Source: Patescibacteria group bacterium
Lineage (GTDB): Bacteria > Patescibacteriota > Patescibacteriia > PEXW01
DNA length: 64,000 bases
Assembly: GCA_041665345.1 (NCBI GenBank)
Contig: JBAYJA010000005.1
Span: forward strand, 2,913 to 66,912
Reading direction: 5' to 3'
Shown here piece after piece: positions 1 to 8,250 of the stretch. The notes beneath the pieces are model-generated. The model ran no database searches, had not been told where the DNA came from, and was given only the letters and a program-made list of their open reading frames with translations. The position numbers and the translations under genes are program-made. Each line of letters begins with the position of its first letter. The first letter of the stretch is position 1.

Positions 1-188
1 GGACATTCTCACCCATAAGTGCCAGGTATGCGGGCACACCAAACGGAACCGCGTGGCAAAGCGGGATAATCGAGAAACGTTATACGCCTTTGCCGTGGCT
101 TTAGCCAAACGACGAGCATCACGGGCGTAAGTCATTTAAAGACGCAAAAAATGCCAGGCGATGTTCGCTGGCATTTTTCTGTTTCAGC

Positions 189-752
189 TTACTGACTATC
201 GACTGTCCGCACAACTTCTTCTGGGTTGGTTGGCTTGCCCAGCTTGAAGATTTTGATAATGCCCCAGGTGAGAATGATGTACACAAAGGCAGCGACCAGC
301 GTTGACCATTCAAAGAAAGCTGTGGTTTCCACTCCTTTGGCCGTGGAGGCGCTAAAGAGACTGGAGAACGGACTAGAAAATGGCGCACTCAGACCGTACA
401 CGAATTTGGAAAATCCCGCTTCAGGGTTTGCGCCCAGGAGTTTGAGGGCGAACCGGAAAGCCAGCACAATTTCAATGAAGCCAAAAATGTACCAGACAAT
501 TTGGTAACTATGGAAAAGGGTTTTCTGCTGGCTGTACGTTTTTGTCGCACCGGCGGAAGCGCCCACAGTGCGTTCAGTCTTTACCGAATTACTGGTGGGT
601 GTTGTGGTTGAGGTAGAGATGGTTTGGGCGGATTGGTTTTGGCCGGTTGCCGTACTTTTTCTAATGGTTTGTTCAGAATTTGCATCTGACACCTTGGTCA
701 GTTCATCTTCGGTATGTGAAGGGGGAAGGTTTGGATCCATATGAGTATTCAT
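189..752 (-). CDS. YggT-family small membrane protein with a long low-complexity N-terminal extension
   Basis: C-terminal half (YIFGFIEIVLAFRFALKLLGANP...FVYGLSAPF) resembles the YggT/Ycf19 repeat. N-terminal 90 aa is Ser/Thr-rich low complexity, so the true start is uncertain. Confidence 0.5.
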   Translation of the reverse strand: MNTHMDPNLPPSHTEDELTKVSDANSEQTIRKSTATGQNQSAQTISTSTTTPTSNSVKTERTVGASAGATKTYSQQKTLFHSYQIVWYIFGFIEIVLAFRFALKLLGANPEAGFSKFVYGLSAPFSSPFSSLFSASTAKGVETTAFFEWSTLVAAFVYIILTWGIIKIFKLGKPTNPEEVVRTVDSQ

Positions 753-945
753 TAAACGCTGCTGAAATTCGCACTTGTCACTACAAAAAAGGTTGAGTGA
801 ATAATTCCTCTCCTCGAACGGTTTCCTGGGTTAGCTACGCACCCGTAGACACGGGCACAACCTAGCGAATACTAGGGTATGTGCAGTATACACCCTTAAG
901 GCGCCAATAGATAGCATGACAAATGGGCAAATAATTACGAATAGG

Positions 946-991
946 AAAAAATAAAAAAGCTGCCCAGATATCCGTGAGGGATCTGCGCAGC
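946..991 (-). terminator. Rho-independent terminator after CDS 1010..1453
   Basis: Near-perfect hairpin gctgcccagatatccgtgagggatctgcgcagc, followed on the minus strand by a T-run (plus-strand A-run aaaaaataaaaaa). Confidence 0.55.
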
Positions 992-1009
992 TTCCAAGGT
1001 TCGAGTTTC

Positions 1010-1453
1010 TTATGCCTCGATTGGGTTTGGCGGTGATCCTTCACTGGCAGCTCCTTCTGCGTCTACAATCGGTTCATCTTTCACAAGTACACCATCGTGG
1101 ATCGTGTACACCCCATGCACATTTCTCCCTTCTACAGAGAACCAGACGAGGACGTCGTACGGCACATCAAGTTGCATACGCTCGGGTCCGTACATGTCCA
1201 CGCGCAGACAGTCAGGCAGGAGTTGCAGGTTTGTAACCAAACCGGCGTAGATGCCGCGACGTGTGTCGAGGAATCTTGCCAGGCAAAGGCCATTCCCATT
1301 CGGTGCACCAAAGGTTGGTGACACAGTAAGTCTGAGGGATTCCAGTCTTCTTTGCAGGATGTGGCCAAATGGCTTGCGGTTCACGTCCGCCATTGCATTC
1401 TGCACTTCGACTAGGAAATCAGCAAAAGTCAGCATTTCGCTCATGATTATCAC
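1010..1453 (-). CDS. hypothetical protein (147 aa)
   Basis: Long ORF with a terminator downstream; no motif recognised. Confidence 0.4.
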   Translation of the reverse strand: MIIMSEMLTFADFLVEVQNAMADVNRKPFGHILQRRLESLRLTVSPTFGAPNGNGLCLARFLDTRRGIYAGLVTNLQLLPDCLRVDMYGPERMQLDVPYDVLVWFSVEGRNVHGVYTIHDGVLVKDEPIVDAEGAASEGSPPNPIEA

Positions 1454-1560
1454 CTCCTCGTGGCGAAAAGGACAGTTTGTATTTGCTCGTGCAGTATGGG
1501 CGCAATTTTTGGGATGTCAAGAGCTCAGCGTTGGCTGCTGAGGTTACCCCTGCACCGATA

Positions 1561-2004
1561 CTACCAGCCGAACTGTACGAAGAATATGCCAATGGGTATG
1601 GCGAGCCAGTACCCAAGCGGCAAACCCAAAAACCAGCGTGCGTGCCACCAAATATGCTGTGGCCGAAATTTGGTAATGCCAAAATGCGGGTTGCAAACAA
1701 ACCACAGAAAGTCTTCCAGGGTGAAGTGGAGAATGCAAAAACCCAGCACCAGTGCTTCGCGCTCCCAAGTCCACGGTTGGGCAAAGAGGATTGGCAAGTG
1801 TGCCAGTGCCAGCACCGTCGCGGTCATGGTGAGGTGGTATCCAGTCAGCGGCACTCCTAAAATACTCTGCACCAACTTCCCGTCAAACTTTTTAGTTGGC
1901 AGCTTTGCCGCCCACCCATCCTTGCCTTCAATCTGAATTTCCATCAGCGCATGTGCTGTGGCTGTGCAAAGCAGGAGAATAAGGAAAGCAGGAATGGAAA
2001 TCAT
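1561..2004 (-). CDS. hypothetical polytopic membrane protein (147 aa)
   Basis: Four or five hydrophobic segments. Preferred over the overlapping plus-strand ORFs 1460..1936 and 1477..1860, which have no features and an odd composition. Confidence 0.35.
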   Translation of the reverse strand: MISIPAFLILLLCTATAHALMEIQIEGKDGWAAKLPTKKFDGKLVQSILGVPLTGYHLTMTATVLALAHLPILFAQPWTWEREALVLGFCILHFTLEDFLWFVCNPHFGITKFRPQHIWWHARWFLGLPLGYWLAIPIGIFFVQFGW

Positions 2005-2058
2005 ACTTTCAAGCAGCGCAAGGAAGATGAAAACAGCAAACGATAAAGAACATTCTCT

Positions 2059-3669
2059 CTATATTCCAGCCTCAATTGGTTCTTCTTTTGGAATGCCGGT
2101 TGCTGAATCAATACAATAGGTAGAGGTTTGTCCGCCTTCTGTTTCTGGTTCTAGCAGCGCGCAGATGGTGTAGGCGGTATTCTTATCACGGGTTTCGTAG
2201 CTGTACTTTTCATCTAGTTCAGGTGGTGGAGGGAGCCGGGAAAGATACCGGTTTGGACTGTCAACAAGCTCGGTTAGGGACTGTGGGTATTGGTTACGAT
2301 CATCGTAGAACAAAGCAAGACCGGTACGGATTTGTCCAAGGTCAGATTTTCGTTGGCTGTTCCGAGCTTGGGCACGCGGGCCGCCCAGAAGATCCGAGAG
2401 TGCTTCCTCAAGTGAGGTTGCGTTTTTTGGAACCTCAACAACTGGCTCTTCATTAATATGCCCGAGCATGACACCCAGGGAGAGGTTCAGTTGCTGGTCA
2501 GCTTGCCCAGAGACTTTTGGTAGAGCAACGAGTGAGGTGAATTGCATTTTCCGCGGCATCGCGCTGCCACCTTCAACCCAGATGCTGAGCGTCGCCCCAT
2601 GTGCCACAGCAGCGAATTCCGCATTATTCTCAAACGCGAAAAGCTCCTGCAGGCTTTTGGTAATGCTACTCCCTTGCTTCCCGCGTTTCGTCACGTCTGC
2701 CACGTACGCTGCCTGAAAGGCGCTCCACTGTTCCGGTACGATCCGCGCGTCAATGCGCGTGGTGGACACATCTGCAATGGTTTCTTTTCCGTTCACCTTC
2801 AGGGTGATCGCCTTTTCTTGCAAGCCTACCTTCAGAAAGGTCGCGATTTCTGCTTGTGCATCTTGCAACATGGCATCTGAACCCGTGTTTGCGTTTTTTG
2901 CAGTCTGCCCTAACTCTGCAGTGAGGGAATCTAAGAGTGGGTTATTCGTCATCTCAACCACATACCACTTGCCAGCAAATGTTGTGAGATCCACTATTGG
3001 AATGTACGGTAAGGTCCCGGCGTAGAGGTACAGCTTGCCATCAAGCATGCGGAGTTCAAGATTGCCACGAAAGGATGATCCGCCCAGCGTTACATCACCC
3101 TGGAGTTTTACCACAGCCTTCGCTTGCTTCAGGAGTTCGGGTATATCCGTACCCTCAATCGTTTTGGCAAAGGAGGAAATGCTGGCGTGAACGGCAAAGG
3201 GATTTGGCAGGTCTGCTGTGAGTGCATCCTGGGCATCGGCGGGGTAGGTGGCGGCCGCTGGTGTCAGAGGTTCTGTGACTGCATCCACGTAAAAGGTAAA
3301 TTCTCCGCCCCGGACAGTTTGTAAGGCGGCAAAGGACTTTTCCAGAAGTTGCTCTGGTTTCGTTATGCCGGGTACGGGAATGTAACCTTTCCACGCCCCA
3401 AAAGCCACTCCGCCCAAAATGAGCACGCCCAATGTCGCACCCAGAGCGGTGAGCAATGTACGGCGTGAAAAATGCTTCTTTGGGGTCTCGTTCGGTAAGA
3501 TGGTTTGCACAACTGGCGGCGCAACGGGCGTCTGCGCCTGAAGGAGAGCGGCGGCCTGGTAGTCCTTCCAGCCACTTTCAATAAGTTTTTCCTGAATGGC
3601 GGTATCAGAAAGACCGGCTGCACGTGCCTGCGCTATCCATGTAGCTATTGCTTGGTTACCATCCTCCAT
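2059..3669 (-). CDS. membrane-anchored protein with a large extracytoplasmic domain and a pseudopilin-like C-terminal segment
   Basis: N-terminal cytoplasmic region, one transmembrane helix (LLTALGATLGVLILGGVAFGAW), then about 400 aa. The C-terminus RKSDLGQIRTGLALFYDDRNQYP resembles the conserved start of the type IV pilin/pseudopilin globular domain. Confidence 0.5.
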   Translation of the reverse strand: MEDGNQAIATWIAQARAAGLSDTAIQEKLIESGWKDYQAAALLQAQTPVAPPVVQTILPNETPKKHFSRRTLLTALGATLGVLILGGVAFGAWKGYIPVPGITKPEQLLEKSFAALQTVRGGEFTFYVDAVTEPLTPAAATYPADAQDALTADLPNPFAVHASISSFAKTIEGTDIPELLKQAKAVVKLQGDVTLGGSSFRGNLELRMLDGKLYLYAGTLPYIPIVDLTTFAGKWYVVEMTNNPLLDSLTAELGQTAKNANTGSDAMLQDAQAEIATFLKVGLQEKAITLKVNGKETIADVSTTRIDARIVPEQWSAFQAAYVADVTKRGKQGSSITKSLQELFAFENNAEFAAVAHGATLSIWVEGGSAMPRKMQFTSLVALPKVSGQADQQLNLSLGVMLGHINEEPVVEVPKNATSLEEALSDLLGGPRAQARNSQRKSDLGQIRTGLALFYDDRNQYPQSLTELVDSPNRYLSRLPPPPELDEKYSYETRDKNTAYTICALLEPETEGGQTSTYCIDSATGIPKEEPIEAGI

Positions 3670-3798
3670 ACATTTTTTATTAAGTAATTTGCTTATATTC
3701 TAGCAAAAAAATGTGAGTTTGTCAACTAACTTCTACCTTGTCGGATAAGAATGGGTGGGTATAGAATAGAGCTATTCGCAGGTAAATTGCCTAAAAAT

Positions 3799-4221
3799 AT
3801 GGAAACCCAGAAAAAACTTTACCGATCAAAAACCAACCGCGTCATTGCTGGTGTGGCCGGTGGTTTAGGCGAGTATTTTGCCATTGATCCGGTCATTTTT
3901 CGGGTGCTGTTCGTCGCGCTCGCTTTTGCGGGTGGGTCTGGGCTGCTCCTTTACATCATTGGCATGCTCGTCATCCCCGAAGCGTCAGGCGTGACAACCG
4001 CGCAGTCAGAGGTGGTTATTGATAAGGAAGGAAAAGTGCAGAATACCGCCCAAGGCTGGTTGGTTGATCGCCGGAACCTCATTGGCTTGCTCATTGTGGT
4101 GGTGGGCATCATTGCCCTTTTGAATCAGGTAGCCCCCCTACACTGGTTCCGCTGGGACTTCTTCTGGCCAATTGTCATCATCATCGTGGGTGCATACCTC
4201 ATCATGAAAAACCGACGCTAA
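3799..4221 (+). CDS. PspC-domain membrane protein
   Basis: LYRSKTNRVIAGVAGGLGEYFAIDPVIFRVLFV is the PspC domain signature. Start placed at the internal ATG 3799; the ORF opens at 3751. Confidence 0.7.
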   Translation: METQKKLYRSKTNRVIAGVAGGLGEYFAIDPVIFRVLFVALAFAGGSGLLLYIIGMLVIPEASGVTTAQSEVVIDKEGKVQNTAQGWLVDRRNLIGLLIVVVGIIALLNQVAPLHWFRWDFFWPIVIIIVGAYLIMKNRR

Positions 4222-4222
4222 T

Positions 4223-5242
4223 ATGGATATTACGAATCAAGAGTCAAAAACACAGAACCCGGAACCAGAAAAGCAGGAGCCAAAGGTGGAACCCAAACCG
4301 AATCCAGAACCGCAAGTTGTGAAAGAAGTGCACCACCATCACTACAAGCGCGGGTTCAATCCTGGTAGCATGTTCTTCGGTCTACTTATCATTGTCGTGG
4401 GTGTGGCTTTTTTGGGCCGGAACGCGGGCTGGTTTGACTTCTCCTTTCAAGTAGATTGGAACATCATTTGGCCAGTCATACTCATTTTGGTTGGTCTGTC
4501 TTTCTTCAACCGGCGGGGTTGGGTGTCTGGGGTTATCGGCGGCATCATCACAGTTATTGTGGTTGGCTTAGTGGCGTGGGCAGTGTTTGGCGGAACCGCG
4601 CACCGGGAAACCACTACAGATACCGTGTCCATTCTGAAACAAGAGAAAGTTGCGGAGAGCGTGGTCAATATCAAGACCGGCGCAGGCAAACTCACCATCA
4701 ACGGTAGTATCCCAGCCTCAAGTACGTCACTCATTACTGGTACGCACACGACGAACAATCTGAGTCTCACCAAGGAGAGCTCATTAAGTGAAACTACACA
4801 GCACACAACCTTGAGCACGAAGTCCAGCGGGAGCTGGGTCTTCAACCATCGTAATGAACTTAGCTTGCAGCTGGCGAAGGATATGCCAACCAGTCTCATT
4901 CTGGATACGGGCGCCATGGACATGACCTTGGATCTTTCTGAGATTCAAGCGAAACTAGTGGATGTGGACACGGGCGCTTCTACGCTCAATCTTACCTTAG
5001 GTGATCTGCTGGAAACTTCTGAAGTGCGGGTGGATGCCGGAGCGAGCACCATCAACCTGACGTTACCCAAAACCCTGGGGGCAAAATTGTCTTTGGACTC
5101 AGGTGCAACGTCGAAGAGCCTCGCAGACTTTACCAAAATTGATGAGCATACCTACGAGTCTACCAACTACAGCTCAACTAGTAAGAAGGTAAACCTGGAT
5201 TTTGACCTGGGGGCAGCCACCCTGGATATTCGGTGGAAGTAA
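4223..5242 (+). CDS. membrane protein with a LiaF/DUF4097-like C-terminal beta-rich domain (PspC partner)
   Basis: His-rich N-terminus, two transmembrane segments, then a Thr/Ser/Leu-rich repetitive C-terminal domain of the kind seen in LiaF-like proteins. Adjacent to the PspC gene. Confidence 0.55.
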   Translation: MDITNQESKTQNPEPEKQEPKVEPKPNPEPQVVKEVHHHHYKRGFNPGSMFFGLLIIVVGVAFLGRNAGWFDFSFQVDWNIIWPVILILVGLSFFNRRGWVSGVIGGIITVIVVGLVAWAVFGGTAHRETTTDTVSILKQEKVAESVVNIKTGAGKLTINGSIPASSTSLITGTHTTNNLSLTKESSLSETTQHTTLSTKSSGSWVFNHRNELSLQLAKDMPTSLILDTGAMDMTLDLSEIQAKLVDVDTGASTLNLTLGDLLETSEVRVDAGASTINLTLPKTLGAKLSLDSGATSKSLADFTKIDEHTYESTNYSSTSKKVNLDFDLGAATLDIRWK

Positions 5243-5243
5243 G

Positions 5244-5810
5244 ATGATTCCTCAGAAACTCCTTGATGAAGTGGTCGCAGTTGCTCGTCAGCAGGCTGTG
5301 GATTTTGGCACCCCACCATTTCCGCAAACTGAGTACATTAGTATCCAAGGTCAAAATTTAGTAAAAAAACATGGGGCGAATGGAGAAATTGTCTTGGTTG
5401 GAACGTATTTGATGGACGTCATGCTTGGCAAAGCGTTAGCGGAAGGCCAGCGTGAAGAACATATTCAGTGGGGTGAGGATATTGCTACGAAACTCTTTTT
5501 GCAATATTCAGAAATGACAATTGATGAAAAAGAGAACATCCTTTTATGTATTCGCCAGCACCATGGCGGCGTACAATTTCAAACAATCGAAGCAGAGATC
5601 TGTTGTAATGCAGATTGCTATCGTTTTCTCTCAGTACAAGGAATGCTTATTGGTTTAACGAACAGTCGGAAAATGCCAATTGATGCACTGGTGAAATTGT
5701 ACAAAGAAAAGGTTGAAGAAAAGTGGCATGCATTGACCTTGCCAGACTGCAAAACTGCATTATTGCCGCAGTATCAGGCAATTGCAGCGATGCTTCGTGC
5801 GTTTGTATAG
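5244..5810 (+). CDS. hypothetical protein, possibly HD-superfamily
   Basis: ORF begins right after the upstream stop; RQHHGG and scattered His/Asp residues give only a weak HD resemblance. Confidence 0.35.
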   Translation: MIPQKLLDEVVAVARQQAVDFGTPPFPQTEYISIQGQNLVKKHGANGEIVLVGTYLMDVMLGKALAEGQREEHIQWGEDIATKLFLQYSEMTIDEKENILLCIRQHHGGVQFQTIEAEICCNADCYRFLSVQGMLIGLTNSRKMPIDALVKLYKEKVEEKWHALTLPDCKTALLPQYQAIAAMLRAFV

Positions 5811-5825
5811 TATTGTAAGAGTCAT

Positions 5826-6353
5826 TTGCAAGAAATTGATTCCTGCGGCATCCTGAAAGGTATGCCGCTTCGCGTCTACCCAAAAAGAAAACAGATGGTT
5901 TCAACCCGACGACTTCTTGGCTTTGGGTTTGGTGCTTTCGCAATCGTATTGCTTGGAGTTTCGTTGTACCCTGAGAACAAACCAGTAGCAGTTGAAGCAC
6001 AATGCGATACGGTTTCCGTAGCGCAGCAGTATGCCGCGGCTGACCTTGTCCTCACCGGCGAAGTTTTTCTGGTTGTGCCGGATGGTGTTGAAAACGCAAA
6101 GGTGCTCATTACCCCTAGCCGTTTGTATAAAGGTAAAGTACCAGCAATAGGTATTGCCATTGCCGCCAAAGCAGGAGCCAACAAAGTGGAAAGCGATGTG
6201 GCCGGGGAGCTGCACTTTGCTTCAGGCCAACCGCCGTACCTACTCTTTCTCAAGACGGGCGAAAACGGTGTGTACACAACCAGTCGCTGCATGGGGAGCC
6301 GGTTGCTAGGCGAGGGACTGACATCTGAAGAACGAAAAGCGTTTGGTATATAG
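5826..6353 (+). CDS. hypothetical exported or membrane-anchored protein
   Basis: N-terminal hydrophobic segment LLGFGFGAFAIVLLGVSLY; no catalytic motif recognised. Confidence 0.35.
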   Translation: MQEIDSCGILKGMPLRVYPKRKQMVSTRRLLGFGFGAFAIVLLGVSLYPENKPVAVEAQCDTVSVAQQYAAADLVLTGEVFLVVPDGVENAKVLITPSRLYKGKVPAIGIAIAAKAGANKVESDVAGELHFASGQPPYLLFLKTGENGVYTTSRCMGSRLLGEGLTSEERKAFGI

Positions 6354-6408
6354 CAAAAGTGTGTCCTGGTAAAAAAAGAGACCTCTATTGCGAGGTCTCG
6401 GTGTTTGC

Positions 6409-7179
6409 TTATGCAAACGAACGGTTGTAGTAGGTCAGATCTAGGCGCCCGTTGCTGCCCTGGTCTGGTATACCAGTGTAGAGCGTAGCTCCGCAGTTGA
6501 TCGGTTTCTCCTCCTCATCAATTCGGTTGAACTCATGTTCATCCAAGCGCTCCAGATTCGCGCGTAAAGCTAGGATGGTTAAGTGGTGACTGACCACGAG
6601 AATTTTTTTCCCGGAAAAGTCGCGCGTAAGGGTGTTCAACCAGGAACGGACTCGTTCCCGTACGTCTGGAACATTCTCTCCCTGCTGCCAGCGAAACCAA
6701 TACGGGCCTTCCTGTTCGTACAAACGCCGTTGCTCTGGGTAGAAAGCAAAGTATATACGCCAGTCGTTGTAGAGCAGTGATAATCCGTGTTCGAGTTCTC
6801 GAATACGTTCTTCCTCAACCATTTTTACGTTTGCAAGTTCTGGCCAACCTTTCTGTAAACCGACTAGCGTGCTCTTCGTTCGTTCGTATGGTGAGCAGAA
6901 AATGAGTTCAGGTGCCGCTATTTGGTCTCTTAGGTTTTGACCAGTTATTACCGCACGTTTTGCTTCAGCGTCTGCAAGGGGCGTTCGACAGTCCGCTACT
7001 TCCAATTTATACCGAAGATGCAAAAGCATAGCAAGCGCGCGCGTTTCCGGAGATTCAGGATTTTCTTCGTACGCTAGTTTGAAGCGATCATACTCCGGGT
7101 CTTGCGCCTTCAATTCCCGTAGTCGGTTGAATTTTGACGTGTCGTGCCGGAGGAACAATATGTAGTTCGGCCATTTCAT
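6409..7179 (-). CDS. histidine phosphatase family protein (phosphoglycerate mutase-like)
   Basis: N-terminal LFLRHDTS (RHG-type catalytic motif variant) and a downstream VVSHHLTI motif. Confidence 0.55.
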   Translation of the reverse strand: MKWPNYILFLRHDTSKFNRLRELKAQDPEYDRFKLAYEENPESPETRALAMLLHLRYKLEVADCRTPLADAEAKRAVITGQNLRDQIAAPELIFCSPYERTKSTLVGLQKGWPELANVKMVEEERIRELEHGLSLLYNDWRIYFAFYPEQRRLYEQEGPYWFRWQQGENVPDVRERVRSWLNTLTRDFSGKKILVVSHHLTILALRANLERLDEHEFNRIDEEEKPINCGATLYTGIPDQGSNGRLDLTYYNRSFA

Positions 7180-7249
7180 GTCTTTCTCCTTTTCAAGGTA
7201 ACTGTGTGTTTCATTGCACCTTATGCTATTCCGTTTTTCTCGTCAAGAT

Positions 7250-7347
7250 AAAAAAATCGGGGACCACAGTGGTGCTCTGAGATTTACCGACGAACCAGGT
7301 TTTGCCGAAGTGTTTCTTAGGGAGTAACGCAGCTAGAATTATTTTTG
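7250..7347 (-). repeat. about 100-nt conserved element ending (minus strand) in a hairpin plus U-run; copy 1
   Basis: Near-identical to 7894..7990. Minus-strand reading: ...ttctagctgcgttactc...cttcggcaaaacctggttcg...gagcaccactgtggtccccgattttttt. A TTGAC box follows immediately, then CDS 6409..7179. Confidence 0.6.
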
Positions 7348-7461
7348 TTTAGCGTAGGGAATGTTACGACGAATAAGTTACAAAGCTTCTTTGGTAATTC
7401 TCTTAAAAAGAAAAGCGCCGTACCATATGGTCGTGCGCTGTGTCAATTTTTGTTCACTGTC

Positions 7462-7812
7462 TTATCGACGTAGATCTCGCATATCTTCAGCGACTGAAGT
7501 TTGGTTGGGGAAAGTGATGTCGAATGGAGTGCCGCTACTGTAGAGTGTCCCAGCAAAGCAATCTTTTGCATTTCGCCCAACTTCCCCGAGGACGTACCAT
7601 TCACCATTTTCGACGCGTAGGGCGCCTCCAATTTTTAGGTGCCCCTCCGGAAGCAACAATGCAGCTTTGATAACGATTTCTAGTTGCTCTGTACGATCGC
7701 CACCGGTATGAGCCGTACATACGATAGGCTTCCCATCGGCAAAGGCGTTAAGCATTTCCTTTACCCCGGGTGTTATTAACAGGTTGAGTGTGTCTCGATC
7801 GTGGATCTGCAT
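7462..7812 (-). CDS. hypothetical protein (116 aa from internal ATG)
   Basis: ORF 7462..7911; start placed at MQIHDRD (ATG 7812) because a TTGACA-18-TACTAT promoter and a terminator lie in the region above it. Confidence 0.4.
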   Translation of the reverse strand: MQIHDRDTLNLLITPGVKEMLNAFADGKPIVCTAHTGGDRTEQLEIVIKAALLLPEGHLKIGGALRVENGEWYVLGEVGRNAKDCFAGTLYSSGTPFDITFPNQTSVAEDMRDLRR

Positions 7813-7893
7813 ACGTTCCTTTCTTTTTAAGTTACATTGTATTGTTTTAGTTTCCAGATAGTATAAAGCCATTTCATATTTTGTCAAACGGAT

Positions 7894-7990
7894 AAAAAAA
7901 TCGGGGACCATGTGGTGCCCCGAGATTTGCCAACGAACCAGGTTTTGCCAAAGTGTTGTTTGAGAGTAACGCAGCTAGAACTATTTTCGT
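7894..7990 (-). repeat. about 100-nt conserved element ending in a hairpin plus U-run; copy 2
   Basis: Aligns with 7250..7347 with roughly 85% identity. Hairpin ggggcaccacatggtcccc plus ttttttt on the minus strand, followed by TTGACA-18nt-TACTAT and the start of CDS 7462..7812. Confidence 0.6.
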
Positions 7991-8250
7991 AAGCGTAGGA
8001 ACGTACCTAGCTGAACGTTTGTTCCATCCAGACCCAATGCTGGTAGGAAGATGATGACCTCCAGGCAAAGCTGGTGTCATCACAAAGTGCGATTTTTTCC
8101 TGACTCGGTGCAAGGTGAAAATAGCACGTTTTTTTGTCCTTTTTCAAGGGGTCGCTGGTTTTTGACGGCAGGTTTTGTGGGTGGTAAGGTAAGCAACTAA
8201 TACACAGATCCAAGTAAATATCGAAACTTAACAAATAGAGGAGGTAGCAC

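Noticed and set aside
1-133. Partial minus-strand ORF starting at ATG 133 and running off the window start
   Set aside because: Only 44 codons visible, no motif, and it begins 10 nt after an apparent terminator hairpin (143..177); too little evidence to call.
1460-1936. Plus-strand ORFs 1460..1936 and 1477..1860
   Set aside because: They overlap the more plausible minus-strand membrane protein 1561..2004 and lack a motif or ribosome-binding site; judged antisense artefacts.
7250-7347. Possible preQ1-I or yybP-ykoY riboswitch (ttctagct / gggagtaacgcagc resemblance)
   Set aside because: Only short chance similarity. No P1 stem for preQ1-I, the conserved Mn2+ riboswitch helices are absent, and the element lies upstream of the -35 box rather than in the leader.
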